Below, piece after piece: positions 38,275 through 50,300 of a stretch of 64,000 nucleotides of DNA; positions within the stretch are counted from its first letter, which is position 1; the number at the start of each line of letters is the position of its first letter. This DNA is from Amphiscolops sp. MND2022 (lineage: Eukaryota). Position numbers and translations under genes: made by a program. Where the stretch lies: the NCBI GenBank assembly GCA_964187785.1, contig OZ076410.1:38626001-38690000 (forward strand), in the 5' to 3' direction. Below the pieces are notes generated by a model. The model searched no databases, was not told where the DNA came from, and saw nothing but the letters and a program-made list of their open reading frames with translations.

Positions 38275-39405
38275 TGTTGTAACTTTAGAGTACAAGAATT
38301 TGGTATTACAAACAAAACTGTATTTTATCTCTCATCAATTGCTACTGCGTAGAGTTTACATCATAGCATAATATAATGGTAGCAGGTACTTGAGACTAAT
38401 TTAGTAAATAGAATAACAAGGTAATGTCTCATGGCAGTTTGTCCTTTATGTTATTCTTCATTCCCCCTTCCGTGATTGGGCGAGAGTTGGGCAATGGGGG
38501 AATGTGATTATCTTCGGAGGCGGTTGTCCGGCCCGAGCTGTGTTTCGCTGCGGTATCCCGTGCTGTATCTGTAATTATGGTCCGGTCATTGTAGGTCTCT
38601 TCCGGACAGGCCCGTCCGCTGAGTGTGGTTAGTTGTCTATGATTTCTTAGTGGTCCGGTGTCGTTTCCCAGTCGTTTAGTCTCTTGACTGTACTTCCTGT
38701 GATCAGACGGTACTGGGATATTTAGACTAATAATTGGGTTTGTTTTTATTAAGCGTTTCGATCTACGCAACTTTAGGTTTTCCGTGTCTTGTTCTATTTC
38801 GGTACTTGAGCTAATGTTGCTTAGCAGTTCTAATTCTGAGTTTTTGTCTAGTTTTTCTATTTCTTCTTTTTCGTCTTCTTCCCTTCTGTTGAGGGTTTTG
38901 TAGTTCTTTTGAATTACCTTAGCGCTTATGTCTCTAATGTGCAATCATGTTCTCCGCTACTATGGTTAGCGGTGGTGTTTTGTGATTGGCCTGTTTGCAG
39001 TGACCCCCCGGGAGAGTCGGAATCCCCTCTTACAAATTCGAAAACTTTAGCTTTTTGAGCCATAGATACAACGCCTTTAAACATTCTTGTCTTGTTTATT
39101 ATTGATATTAAATCGTCTCATTGATGGCCTTTGACTGGGCACCGGCATGCCTTTCTATTGGAAATTTAGCAGGTCTTTGTAAGATCTTGTTCAGAAATTA
39201 CAACAATCTCGCTCTAGTCTTGCGAAGATCTTGCGATGATATCGCAGTACCCATGGTAACATCAAACCAAGATAGAGATGCAAACACTTATTAGGAAAAC
39301 CAAAATGGCGAGTTTAATCTCTCCGGAACATGCTGAATAGCAAGAATCAAATAGCGTCAGAAAAAGTTTAAAAGTTTATGATACTGAATAGTCTCCGAAA
39401 AACTT
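38275..39405 (+). repeat. About 1.1-kb direct repeat; the second copy is 43967-44569 plus 60750-61235, split by element B
   Basis: Colinear similarity continues across the B insertion site (CCTTAGCGCTTATGTCTCTAATG here vs CCTTAGCGCTAT|TGTCTCTAATG at B). Confidence 0.85.
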
Positions 39406-42400
39406 ATGGTTAGCGCTGGTGTTTTGTGATTGGCCTGTTTGCAGCGGCCACCGGTAGAGTCCGAATTCTGGCGGTTGCGAATCAATTTCGGGGGTCCTCT
39501 TTTGTGGGGTGGTTGCAGCTTTGCCATAATCTGGCGTATTGGCGGTTGCAGTCTCCAGTGGCGTGTCCCTAAGATCGCTGTCCTAATCGTGGATGTTGAA
39601 TGTTCGGGGTGATTTTTTGAAACGGTCACCCGGTCAACGCAGCCCTGTTCCTCTGTTGTTGGAATCCTGCGTAAGTTCAGAATTTGGGTTACTTCTATGT
39701 TTTCTTTGTAAAATTCTATTGTCAGCCGTCGTAAGGCTACGCGTGGCACCCGATGTAGCAACTTCAATTTTATCGGAATATGCACTATCGAATTTCCGTT
39801 TTGTTACTTTTTTCGTGAAAAGAAGGGATAGTTACTAACTCCTTTTGATCCTTTCTTCTGCTTCATCGGTAGCAGGTCCGAGACGCCGCCAGCTCCGTTG
39901 AATGAGTACACCTGTATGGTGTCTGGTTTTGCTGAAATATACTTTTCAGTTATATTTTTCAACGCGTCAAGGTTTAGTAAGTTACTAATCTCTGTGTTCG
40001 GATCAAGACCGTAGTGTAACTCGAATGCCATTTTCTTTAATCGTGTATGGGGTGTTTTTCGCATCACATCCAATGCGATATTTAAAGCTGAATTTTTTTG
40101 TCTGCTTTCATATTAGTCAGAAAGATTCTTTTAGCCTTCTAACGCCACGTTCAACCAATCCAAAGGAGTTTGTATATACGGTGTCCCGTACATCAACTTT
40201 ATTTGATGGTTTTTGCAAAACTCCCCAAACGCGGTTTGTGAATGCGGTAGCTTTGTCTGTTCTAATTGTTTTTGGAACGCCGTTTTAATTTATGTTTAGT
40301 TCCAAAAACCTAACCGCTGTTTGGTCCTCAGTTGTTTTGCTAGAGACTAGCCGCCGGCTATCTGCTAAACCGGTCCATTGAATAGAAAATGTAATATCTG
40401 TGGTTCTTTTTGGTGATTGGACCGATGAAATCCAATTGGATTTTTTCATTTGTTTTACTTAGCCTTGGTAACTGCCTTTTCCGTGCTAGGTATATTATGT
40501 TTGATGTTCTTACGGGACATTTTGCAAGAAAAGCAGCTTTCACATCTCTTTTGTAAGGCTTCGGTGATCCGTGCCCGCCGCCAGAAGTGTCTTACCGACA
40601 TTGACATTTTGTTTATGGCTGGGTGTCCTTTGTGGAGGAGGCGGATAACGGTTGTCCTTAAGTTCGTTGGAACTATGATCCGGTCTTCATAGAACTCCAG
40701 CCCTCGTCTGGTTGAAAGTTTCCTCTTGTAAAGTAGGTATTCTTCGGCATATTCTCGTGCTGTTGGCGTTCTACACAGACGAGTGTTTTAAGGAGACTCG
40801 GTTCGTTTGTTGTCTCGTCATGAGCAACTGTAGGTCCTAGCGAAATGTTTTTCCGTCTTTCTGACTTCATTTCCCAAGTCCCATTCATTCGGTTCTTCTG
40901 CATCTACTTCTGGTGCGTGGCCCATTTTTATGTATTTGACAATTTTAAAACCCACGTATTTGGCCGAGTTAAATGTCGGGTTTTCCTGAATTGACAGGTC
41001 TTAGTCCGTCTCTGATCCGATTTCGCCTTCTTCCTTCGGGGTGTATTGTTGTTGTGGTGGCTTTAAAGACGGTACGACCGGGCTCGTCTTCTTGTTGTAA
41101 TTGCTGGCATTGTGGACGATCTACCTCCCAGAACTGATCTACTGTACCTTGTTCGTTTCGCTTTTCCTGCGGTTGAGAGCCTTTGGTTTGTATCGCTTGT
41201 CCGTTGTTGGCTAGTTGTATTTTCTCATCTTTTATTTTTCTTTCGTTGCGGAGGAATCTGGGTTCATGGTACTTCTTCAACCGGCCACGGGATTGTCTGT
41301 AGACGCCAGGCTTGACAATATCACTCCAGCGTGCCATCAAGTTTCTAGGTTCCGCGGAAGAGTCCGTCATTTCCAAGTTGTCAATGGTACGTGCGTCCAT
41401 GTTTAAATTGTCATTTTTAGGTAGACATTACGCGACTTTTTGTCAGTTCATTAAGGCAAGCAATGGTGGTTTGTTCAGTTGTTTTGGATTGTTTCGGTTC
41501 TTTTTGCAGAACTGCGCTTTGTGATTTGTCCAAATTTGACTTTTGGTCATGAAATCGTAGTGCGGTTTGATGCTGTTGATTACGCATTGTTCGTCGTAGG
41601 CCTCATCCGCTTGCGGTGGCGCGGACAGATTTCTGCTGAGAAAATCCGTGAGTACTATATATTTGCCGACTATATGGCTTACGTTAATTGAAAAGTGAGC
41701 TAATCTGTCTAACCATCCAGTTAGTCTTGCGCTTTTAGTTTTGTTCGAACGATTGCGTTTGATTAGCGGTTCAAGCGCTTGTTGATCTGTAAGCAAGTTT
41801 ATCGATTTTCAGTATAAATATATAAGTGCTCAAATCCTCAAACCACGGCAAGTAATTCTAGTTCATTAATATCGTATTTCTTTTTGATTTCGGAAAGGAA
41901 GCGTCTGGCGAATCCAATTATGTTCCAATTCATCATCCGGTTGTTCTTGCCATAGCTAAACATTGTGGCCTTTTGTGCTTGTATCCTTTGATTCTTCGTG
42001 ATTCTTTGTTTCAAATTTTCAAATGCCTATGTATGTTTTTCAGTCCATTTCCATTCGATGTCTTTTTTGAGTAGTTGTCTCAAATTAGCCGTTTGGGCTG
42101 AGAGGTTTTCGATTTACTTGGACAAATATTTAATTGCGCCCAAATTTTTTTTTTCTTTTTCGTCTTCCGGTTTTTTTCAGTTCTTCGATTGCGAGTAGCT
42201 TGTCTTGTAATGGTCGGATTCCGTTCAGATCTGTTTTATGACCGGTCCATTCTACTTCAGTTTTGACTAGCTCGGATTTGCTTTCGCCCAGTCGGTAGCC
42301 TGCGTTTTCCTATTGTGATAGTACTTCTATCAATTCGTCTATATGCTTTTGTTTGGAGCCTTTTGTTACTATTTTTATGTCATCCAGCCAGAATCGAAAA

Positions 42401-44123
42401 CTGTTTTCACCGATATGTCTTTTTTTCATTTTAATCACAGCGGGGCTTACAAAACAGTTTTTGTCGATCCTTTTCGCTTTTTCGACATGGTTTTTTAGTT
42501 TTTTGATTTCTTTTTTTACTGCGGGTTGTAAATGGATAATTGTGGGTCTATATGTTGTTTATATATATATATATGGGTCTATTTGTTCATATAATTGACT
42601 GATTGGTGTTGATTTTCTGTTTCCAGCGGTATCCCCAGTTTTCCATCCAGTTAAGTCTGAGCAACGGGTGTGTTTGCCTGGTTGTTATCGGTAACTCCAG
42701 TTGTCTCATTTTACCGTCAACTTCAATGTTTGCAGTCGTTTTACCTTCGAACTTCCTTTTGTTGTTGTTTACATCTCGATAGTCTTCCGTTATCGGTCTG
42801 ATTGTTGTTATACTATTGAATTTTGTTTTCGGTATTGGTGTTACCGATGAACCTGTATCGACGATGAGTTTTATTGTCTCGGTTATTAACCAATAGTGTT
42901 TTGGTGTAAAACAGTTGTCCGTTCTTGATTTTTGTTCCCAGTGAATATATCTTCTGTTGAATTGAGTGTATTCTATCCGGTTTCCAATCTTCCTCATTTA
43001 CGCTATATGTTTCTTTGTCTGCTATATGGTTTATTTTCCGGGCTGACCTGCAACATTTTGCGTAGTGTCCCAGTTTACCACATTTTACGCATTTTTACCC
43101 TCTTGTATCGTTCGGTTTGTTTTTTCACTGCTTTTTAGTTTTCTTCTATCCACGTGCCAGATTTTCTTTTCTTCCTCTGTTTCAGGGAATTAGTTTAGTT
43201 TTTCATACATGTACTCATGTATTGCGTCCATGATTGCTTCTGCAGACATATCACTTTTCCGAATCATTTTCTTCAGCTCATAGACCCCTGTGGATTTTCT
43301 CATCAGTAATAGGAATTTTGAAGCTCTGAGTTCGGCTGCTGTTATAGTTTCAAACTCCCAAGTTTTTCAACGTCCAGAATTCTTTTCCATACATTCGAGG
43401 CCAATTCGTTTCTTTCTCTTTTTGAATCAAAGAAATCGGCCCGGCTGTGTTGTACATTCCATTCTGGAGTGAAATGATGCCGGAACAAAGTGTATAGTTT
43501 ATTTAACGGTAAAGCACTGGGTTCCCGCTCTCTCGCTGTTTTTGTCAATTTTTTCAATGCACTTTGACCGATTGCCCATAGGAATGTACCTTTAGCTCGA
43601 GTTCCAGTTGGTCGCGGTATTGTGACAGTACTTCTTTCGAATTAGTCATAGTTGACAGTTCGATATCTTCTGTCATTTCGATGTATTGGACAAACATCAT
43701 CCACCAAAGGTTCGCGCTGGAACTATCATGTTTCTCTAAGCTTGGAATGGATAATTTCTGGGTACATATCCGGTCCCCCGCTCTCAATATCCTCTCATTG
43801 GGTATCAACCGGCTGCTTGTTGATTGATCGGTTGTCAGATTCTGCTGTCCCTCCATTTGTGGGGAGGTGTTGTTGGAGTCGTCCATTCGTTCATGAGTTG
43901 TTCCGAAGGGATAACTGTTAGTTTCTTCTGGAGAAATTCTCAGTTAAATTAACACTGACTGCGCCATGTTGTAACTTTAGAGTACAAGAATTTAGTATTA
44001 CAAACAAAACTGTATTTTATCTCGCATCAATTGCTACTGAGTAGAGTTTACATCATAGCATAATGTAATGGTAGCAGGTACTTGAGACTAATTTAGTAAA
44101 TAGAATAATTATGTTATTCTTCA
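38275..44123 (-). mobile_element. Decayed short-LTR Ty3/Gypsy element C
   Basis: LTRs 38275-38460 and 43967-44123 (TG...CA); PBS TGGCGCAGTC at 43957-43966; PPT GGAAGGGGGAA at 38461-38471; fragments of gag, protease (LIVDTGSS), RNase H (LTDQQAL...DFLSR) and integrase; many disablements. Confidence 0.85.
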
Positions 44124-44569
44124 TTCCCCCTTCCGTGATTGGGCGAGAGTTGGGCAATGGGGGAATGTGATTCTCTTCGGAGGCGGTTGTCTGGCCCGAG
44201 CTGTGTTTCGCTGCGTTATCCCGTGCTGTATCTGTATTTATGGTCCGGTCGTTGTAGGTCTCTTCCGGACAGGCCCGTTCGCTGAGTGTGTTTAGTTGTT
44301 GTCTATGATTTCTTCATTTAGTCTCTTGACTGTACTTCCTGTGATCAGACGGTACTGGGATATTTAGACTAATAATTGGGTTTGTTTTTATTAAGCGATT
44401 TGATCTACGCAAATTATGGTTTTTCGTGTCTTGTTCTATTTCGGTACTTGAGCTAAAGTTACTTAGCAGTTTAATTCTGAGTTTTTGTCTAATTTTTCTA
44501 TTTCTTCTTCCTTGTCTTCTTCCCCTCTGTTGAGGGTTTTGTAGTTCTTTTGAAATACCTTAGCGCTAT

Positions 44570-46249
44570 TGTCGCAGGCTCCCGCCTGCGATGGGAACTG
44601 GTATCAGGTTGCCCCTGATACCTGCGACAATTTACCCGTCCCCCCAGGAGTGCTGCTGATCTAAGCCGCAAAGACCATCAATACTTGAAAACATTATTCA
44701 TTGAAGGATTTGAACTCATTATTAGCTCAAATTTTTATCTATGTACAATTACGGACCTTAAGTCCATTTTCCCTAGTAAGACTTATAATCGGAGTTAGAC
44801 TCTCAATGTAGTACATTTGCGTGAAATCTAGTAATTTTGCTATCTTATGGATCTACCATATTCAATGCATATATTTAGTCATGTAAACCAGTAGTCAATT
44901 ATAGTGAATGTAATCAATTGCGTGCAATTAAAATTAACAAAGCAGCTATATAGTTGAAAGGAAACGCGTTCGAATTGTCCCCCGCGTTGGTCAGTTCGGA
45001 CGCGTTGTCCGCCAAATTATTCAACCAATCAGCTGTGAGCACTAGTGCTTTCGTTCACTCATTCGCCGCAATTCACGTCTACACGTATTAGTGTGGACCA
45101 CCAGTCCAAGTGCTATACTCTATTTACATTAGTTTGTTATATAAACAAATAGAGTTCTCTGGAGCGGTGTTATGTTGCTAATTAGACATAAAAGACTTAC
45201 CGCCATTTAGCCCCCCCCCCACATTAGCTTTCACTCCCTTTCGTAGAATTAAGCTATTTTTAGAGTGATGTCACTCTTCTAATAATATCCCCAGGGTGAT
45301 TTTGCCCGCATTTGATGCTATTAATATACCAAACCCTAGAAAACGTCACTATGACGTCAGGTACAGTAATCTAATTTTATCCCTGTGATGATCATAATTT
45401 TGCGTGTCATGAGGCGCTGATTATAAATAGTGGGGACCCGAGGTCTCCAGGATCACAATCAACAGTCTGTTTTGACCACGAATACACACACAATCCATTC
45501 CAAGTGAACTCTCAACTTTATTCAATCTTGACGCATAGTCAATTTGCCATATCTTGCTACTCTACTTAACTATCAATCATTCATTTGTTTCCTCGTTCTT
45601 TTAAATATACTGTAGAAGCTCTAATATACTCTTAGTTGAGCTCAAGTCTCTTCAATGCCTTCTACCAGAAAACAAAGTGCTAGAGAGAGACGCTCTAGGC
45701 AAATAGACATAATGTCTGATGCTGAGAACTTAGATGTAATGCTTGGATCATATCCTAGAAATGACTTAGAAAATGATTTTGATAGAAACGATGAAATGGA
45801 CCTAGAGTCTAATAGGACAAGAGTTGACTTAGCACAAAATAGTGAGGATTTTAGGTCACTTTTGAACTCCAACAGTAGAGAGAACAGTGAATCAGCTGTT
45901 GAAACTATGAGGCTTGTTAACTCTGAGGTCACTAAGAAAATTGATGAACTGAGAAGGGAACTTAATTCTCAGTTAGTAGATGCTATAAACTCAGCAATCA
46001 CTGAGAAGGTATTGCCTGATATCAGAAATATGGTGACCAGTCAAAATTCAGTATTTCGGGAAGAAGTGGACCACAGGTCCAGAGGACCAAACAGGACCTC
46101 CGAAGAATTAGGTAGTAGAAACGCTTGGAAAAGCAATTCAAAGCCTACTTTGGCTTCCAGTAGTCGACAAGACAATCTCAGGAGAAACTCAGATGTTTCT
46201 CAGTCCAGTGATGATGATCACGAAGAAATGATAACTAACAGTCATGACA
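44570..46249 (+). repeat. 5' LTR of element B
   Basis: Repeat of 59066-60744; roughly 15-20 substitutions plus one poly-C indel by eye. Confidence 0.97.
45400..45429 (+). promoter_or_regulatory. Putative LTR core promoter TTGCGTGTCATG-N10-TATAAATA
   Basis: Motif and spacing shared with the A LTR. Confidence 0.6.
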
Positions 46250-47370
46250 TGGTGACAGGAGCCAAACCTACCCCTCGTACGGTTCCTGAATTCCTTACTG
46301 GACGGCCCATGCATGCCCGAGAAGAAACACACAATTCCAATTCCCCACGAAATCAATCCTCAGAAAATGTCCCTCCAGTCCAAGAGACAAACATCAACGA
46401 TAACTCAGACCCCATTAGGCGTCTTGCGGATGTGCTGGTTGGAATGAACAGCAAATCATCAGCGCAGACACTGATGGTAAGACCCGTCAGCACCACCACA
46501 CTGACGTTTGATGGCAAATCGGAGAAATTTGAACTCTTTGAAGATCTTTTCCATACTATGGTAAAGATGCAACCCGAAATGACGGAAACCATGAAAATCA
46601 ACCACTTCCACTCTCTGTTGAGGAAAAACGCCCTGCAAACTTTCTGCAACATCAATACCGCTAATAGGCAGACTCTGGAAGATGTACTGGCAGTCTTTCG
46701 ACGCAAGTACGTCAAACCAGAATCTCAGGCAACAGCCAAACACAAATGGCACAAACTAGTGTTTGACCCAAATACTATGAAACTGCCTGATTTCCTTGAA
46801 GAATTAAATCAGGGTGCGGAAAAGGCATTTGGAGAACACGTTCAGGCCATGATAGACAGCCTATTGTACGCCAAATTGCCTCCAAAACTCAAACGGTCTG
46901 TCAATATGGCTAGGCTTGAAAATGCGTCGTATGAGGAAATAGTCACTCATCTAGAACGCCAGCTTGAACTTAACGGACTTGAGGAAGGTGACGACATTCC
47001 AGTACCTACAATGTCCACTGCCCCTACAGCAACACGACCGGGAACTGGCCTCCTTTCATCGGGTATTGACCCCAATATCACCTGCAATTATTGCAAAAAA
47101 CCCGGCCACGTCAAGGAAGACTGCCGAAAACTCAAACGAAAGGAGGAACTAAGGCGCAACGAAGGGCAGGATACTAAAAAAGAATATCCCAAATGTCCAA
47201 CTTGCGGCAAAACAAATCACCCGGCGGAACGTTGTTGGAAAGGCGCCGGAGCCCACCTCAAGCCCAAAAACCTCAAACTGGAGGACGCCAAACAGGACGA
47301 AGCGTCCCCCGGACAAAATGAGACCAAGGACAAACAGTCCACCTCTATATTAAAAAACTCAAAAAACTAG
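45655..47370 (+). CDS. gag: Gag of element B, 571 aa, two zinc knuckles
   Basis: CNYCKKPGHVKEDC and CPTCGKTNHPAERC; core nearly identical to A gag; ATG lies in the 5' LTR. Confidence 0.93.
   Translation: MPSTRKQSARERRSRQIDIMSDAENLDVMLGSYPRNDLENDFDRNDEMDLESNRTRVDLAQNSEDFRSLLNSNSRENSESAVETMRLVNSEVTKKIDELRRELNSQLVDAINSAITEKVLPDIRNMVTSQNSVFREEVDHRSRGPNRTSEELGSRNAWKSNSKPTLASSSRQDNLRRNSDVSQSSDDDHEEMITNSHDMVTGAKPTPRTVPEFLTGRPMHAREETHNSNSPRNQSSENVPPVQETNINDNSDPIRRLADVLVGMNSKSSAQTLMVRPVSTTTLTFDGKSEKFELFEDLFHTMVKMQPEMTETMKINHFHSLLRKNALQTFCNINTANRQTLEDVLAVFRRKYVKPESQATAKHKWHKLVFDPNTMKLPDFLEELNQGAEKAFGEHVQAMIDSLLYAKLPPKLKRSVNMARLENASYEEIVTHLERQLELNGLEEGDDIPVPTMSTAPTATRPGTGLLSSGIDPNITCNYCKKPGHVKEDCRKLKRKEELRRNEGQDTKKEYPKCPTCGKTNHPAERCWKGAGAHLKPKNLKLEDAKQDEASPGQNETKDKQSTSILKNSKN
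46250..46265 (+). other. Primer-binding site TGGTGACAGGAGCCAA of element B
   Basis: Follows the LTR-terminal CA; encodes MVTGA in the gag frame. Confidence 0.85.
47361..47367 (+). promoter_or_regulatory. -1 frameshift heptamer A_AAA_AAC (a second one at 47352-47358)
   Basis: TTA AAA AAC TCA AAA AAC TAG; pol is in the -1 frame. Confidence 0.75.
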
Positions 47371-50300
47371 ATTTGCCACGACTCCAATTTAATGAAAAAC
47401 TTAGAGTTAGACAGTATATAATCTCTGACCCTTCTAATGTATTTTATATTGAATATTATTCTTCTTTAAAGGGAACCTCATCGGCTGACTGGCAGCAGCA
47501 AATGAGAAGTACCCCTACTCAATTTTGCAGTTCGGACCACAGGTCCGACGGACTTGACTCGACTACGGACAATATCCGACCTTTTCCATCAATCCCTGAC
47601 TATAACCCCTATTACATCGATCCGGACTATGGATATGACCCCTACTGGGGTGTACAAATCTACAACCAACACGAGTTGCATTTCTATGCCAACTTTAACA
47701 AACAACAAGCCGAAATCGAACCTGACTGTTCTGTGGCAGACGAGGCTCTCAACAATATTCTGACTATGGCTCTGGTAGACCAGTGGCAATTGGTACCCAA
47801 TTCACCTGCTCTACCACCACCACAGGAGCCCGAAACAGAATTCTACACATTTGGACCACAAGTCTCTTTGGCGTCAGCCGTCGAGGCACGATTCGTCAAC
47901 ACTCTGGTCACCAGAAATGGCGAACCAGATTATGTACCGCTGACAACCAACCTCGGACTCAAATATAAACGGCGTATGCTCTACTTTCCAATGGATTTTG
48001 GCGATCTTACATTAGATGGCCTTGTAGACACGGGAGCCCTATCTAGCGCGATCCCTGAAGCTGATCTACGTAAAATCCGATTACTAGCCCCTCAGTCAAT
48101 TGTCAAAGAGGGCCCAGCACCCAACTTCCAAATAATGGTAGCCAATGGGCAGCTGGAAACTCCAAAGAGCACCGTCGAACTAAAATTTGAGGTCGGCGAT
48201 ATAGAATTTCACGAAATTTTTATTGTAATGGAGAAACTCACAAGTCCTTTGATTGGTCTTTCGTTCTTGCAACGAAACAACACCATATTGGACATGAGAC
48301 AGGGAGTCCTAAATTTCCCGTTCTTCTCCATGCAATTAAAGACGGCGGATCACAAGTACACCAACGTCATGGAACCTATCTGTACGCAAGAAGATATAAC
48401 CATCCCTCCCAACGATAGACACCTAGCTACGTTAACTTCGCAGATGTACGACGATACCACCGTTACTGGTATATTACAACCAAGCAACGCCCTCACTGAG
48501 GATGAGGGTATCATCTTTTGCGCGGCATTGGTCACATTGACCTCAGGTCAAGTTGAAATTCATCTGAATAACTTCACTGACCACCCTTATACTCTCAAGA
48601 GAGGTTCGCATGTCGCTAATTTCTCTGTCATGACCCCAGGACAGATGAAATACGTCAAACCTGTTGACCAGGTGACCACATGGCACCTTTTGCAGGACAA
48701 TCCTGAAAATGCTGCCTTTTATGTTAGCAGCCTGATTAAATCTGCAAAACCAGAAAATTTTCGTGAAAACTATTGGTTTCCTACCCCGGAAGACCCTGGG
48801 GATCCACAACAACATACGCCTATACAAAAGCGTATTCTGACTGAGCTCTTGATTTTACAAGAGCTAGAGAAGCTTAATCCTCAGAATGACCCTGAGTCCA
48901 GACGACAATTCTTGACCAACTTTGATTGGACTGATTCTATGCTGCAACCAGACGAAATTGCTCGCATTGAAAACTTTCTAGTCGAATTTCACGATATATT
49001 CGCTAGACACCGTTTCGACATAGGCATGAACGAGGAATTTAAGATCAAATTGACCCCAAAAGATGATTCCCCGGCTATAGTCAAAGTCTACCAACGCCTA
49101 TTAACCTCAAGGAAGACATCCTTGTAGAATTGGCACTGTTACAACGATACGGGATTATAACAACTCTCCCATTTTCCAAGTACGCTAGCCCAATCTTTGC
49201 CCAAAAGAAACCTAACGGCAAATTGAGACTGCTAGTCGATCTTCGTAAGATTAACAACCTAATTTCGGATAATTATATCAACAATAATCACCCCGTCAGT
49301 ACACTAACCGATGCTGCCCAACATATGGCCGGCAAAAGGCTATTTTGCAAGTTGGACTGCTCGCAAGCATACCACTGCTTGCAAATGGCGGACCAACGGT
49401 CGATTGAAATGTTGGCGTTTAATTTCGCCAGCAGGACATTTGCTTACCGCAGGTTGGCACAGGGACTCAGTCGTGCTTTATCAGCCTTTTCAAACTTTAT
49501 GCGAGAATATCTCGACAAAGTAATCAAAGCCGACCAATGTGCACAATATGTCGACGATATTGGCATTGCTGGCAATGATGCCGAACAGCTCATAAAGAAC
49601 CTGCGGGCCACTTTCCAATGCATCCGCGAGGCAGGATTGAAGCTCACAATGCACAAATGTCACTTTGGTGCGACAGAAATTGACTTTTTGGGTCGAACGA
49701 TCACGCCAGTTGGCGTACGTCCACAGCGACCACGAGTCCAAAATTTCCTTGAAAATACGAAATTTCCGAAATCAAAGAAAGCATTGCAGCGATACCTGGG
49801 ATTTCTTAACTATTATCGCAACTATATTCCCAGGCTTTCAGAGAAATTAACACCGTTCTTTAAATTATTAAAGAATGACGAAAAAGTCCTGGTAACACCG
49901 GACCTATTGGAGAAATTTACCGATATCAACAAAGCACTTGACCGCTGTTGCGAATTAGCACTTAAACAGCCACTACCGAATAAACAAATAGCTCTCATGA
50001 CTGACGCCAGCTTTATGGCCGCTGGGTACGCAGTCCTAATTGAAGATGATCCGCAAGAAAAATACACTTCAACGAGAAAAGCGTTTGCTCCGGTAGCTTA
50101 CGGGTCAAAGACCTTTAGTCCCGCACAATTGAAAATGTCCATTTATGCAAAAGAATTCTTAGCCATATTCTTTGCGTTCAAGGAATTTGGGCATATCTTT
50201 TGGGGGACGCCAAAGCCGGTAATTATACTAACCGATAACAAATCCGTCACGCGTTTCTTTCAAACAAAGATATTACCACCAACGTTGTGGTACGCGTGTG

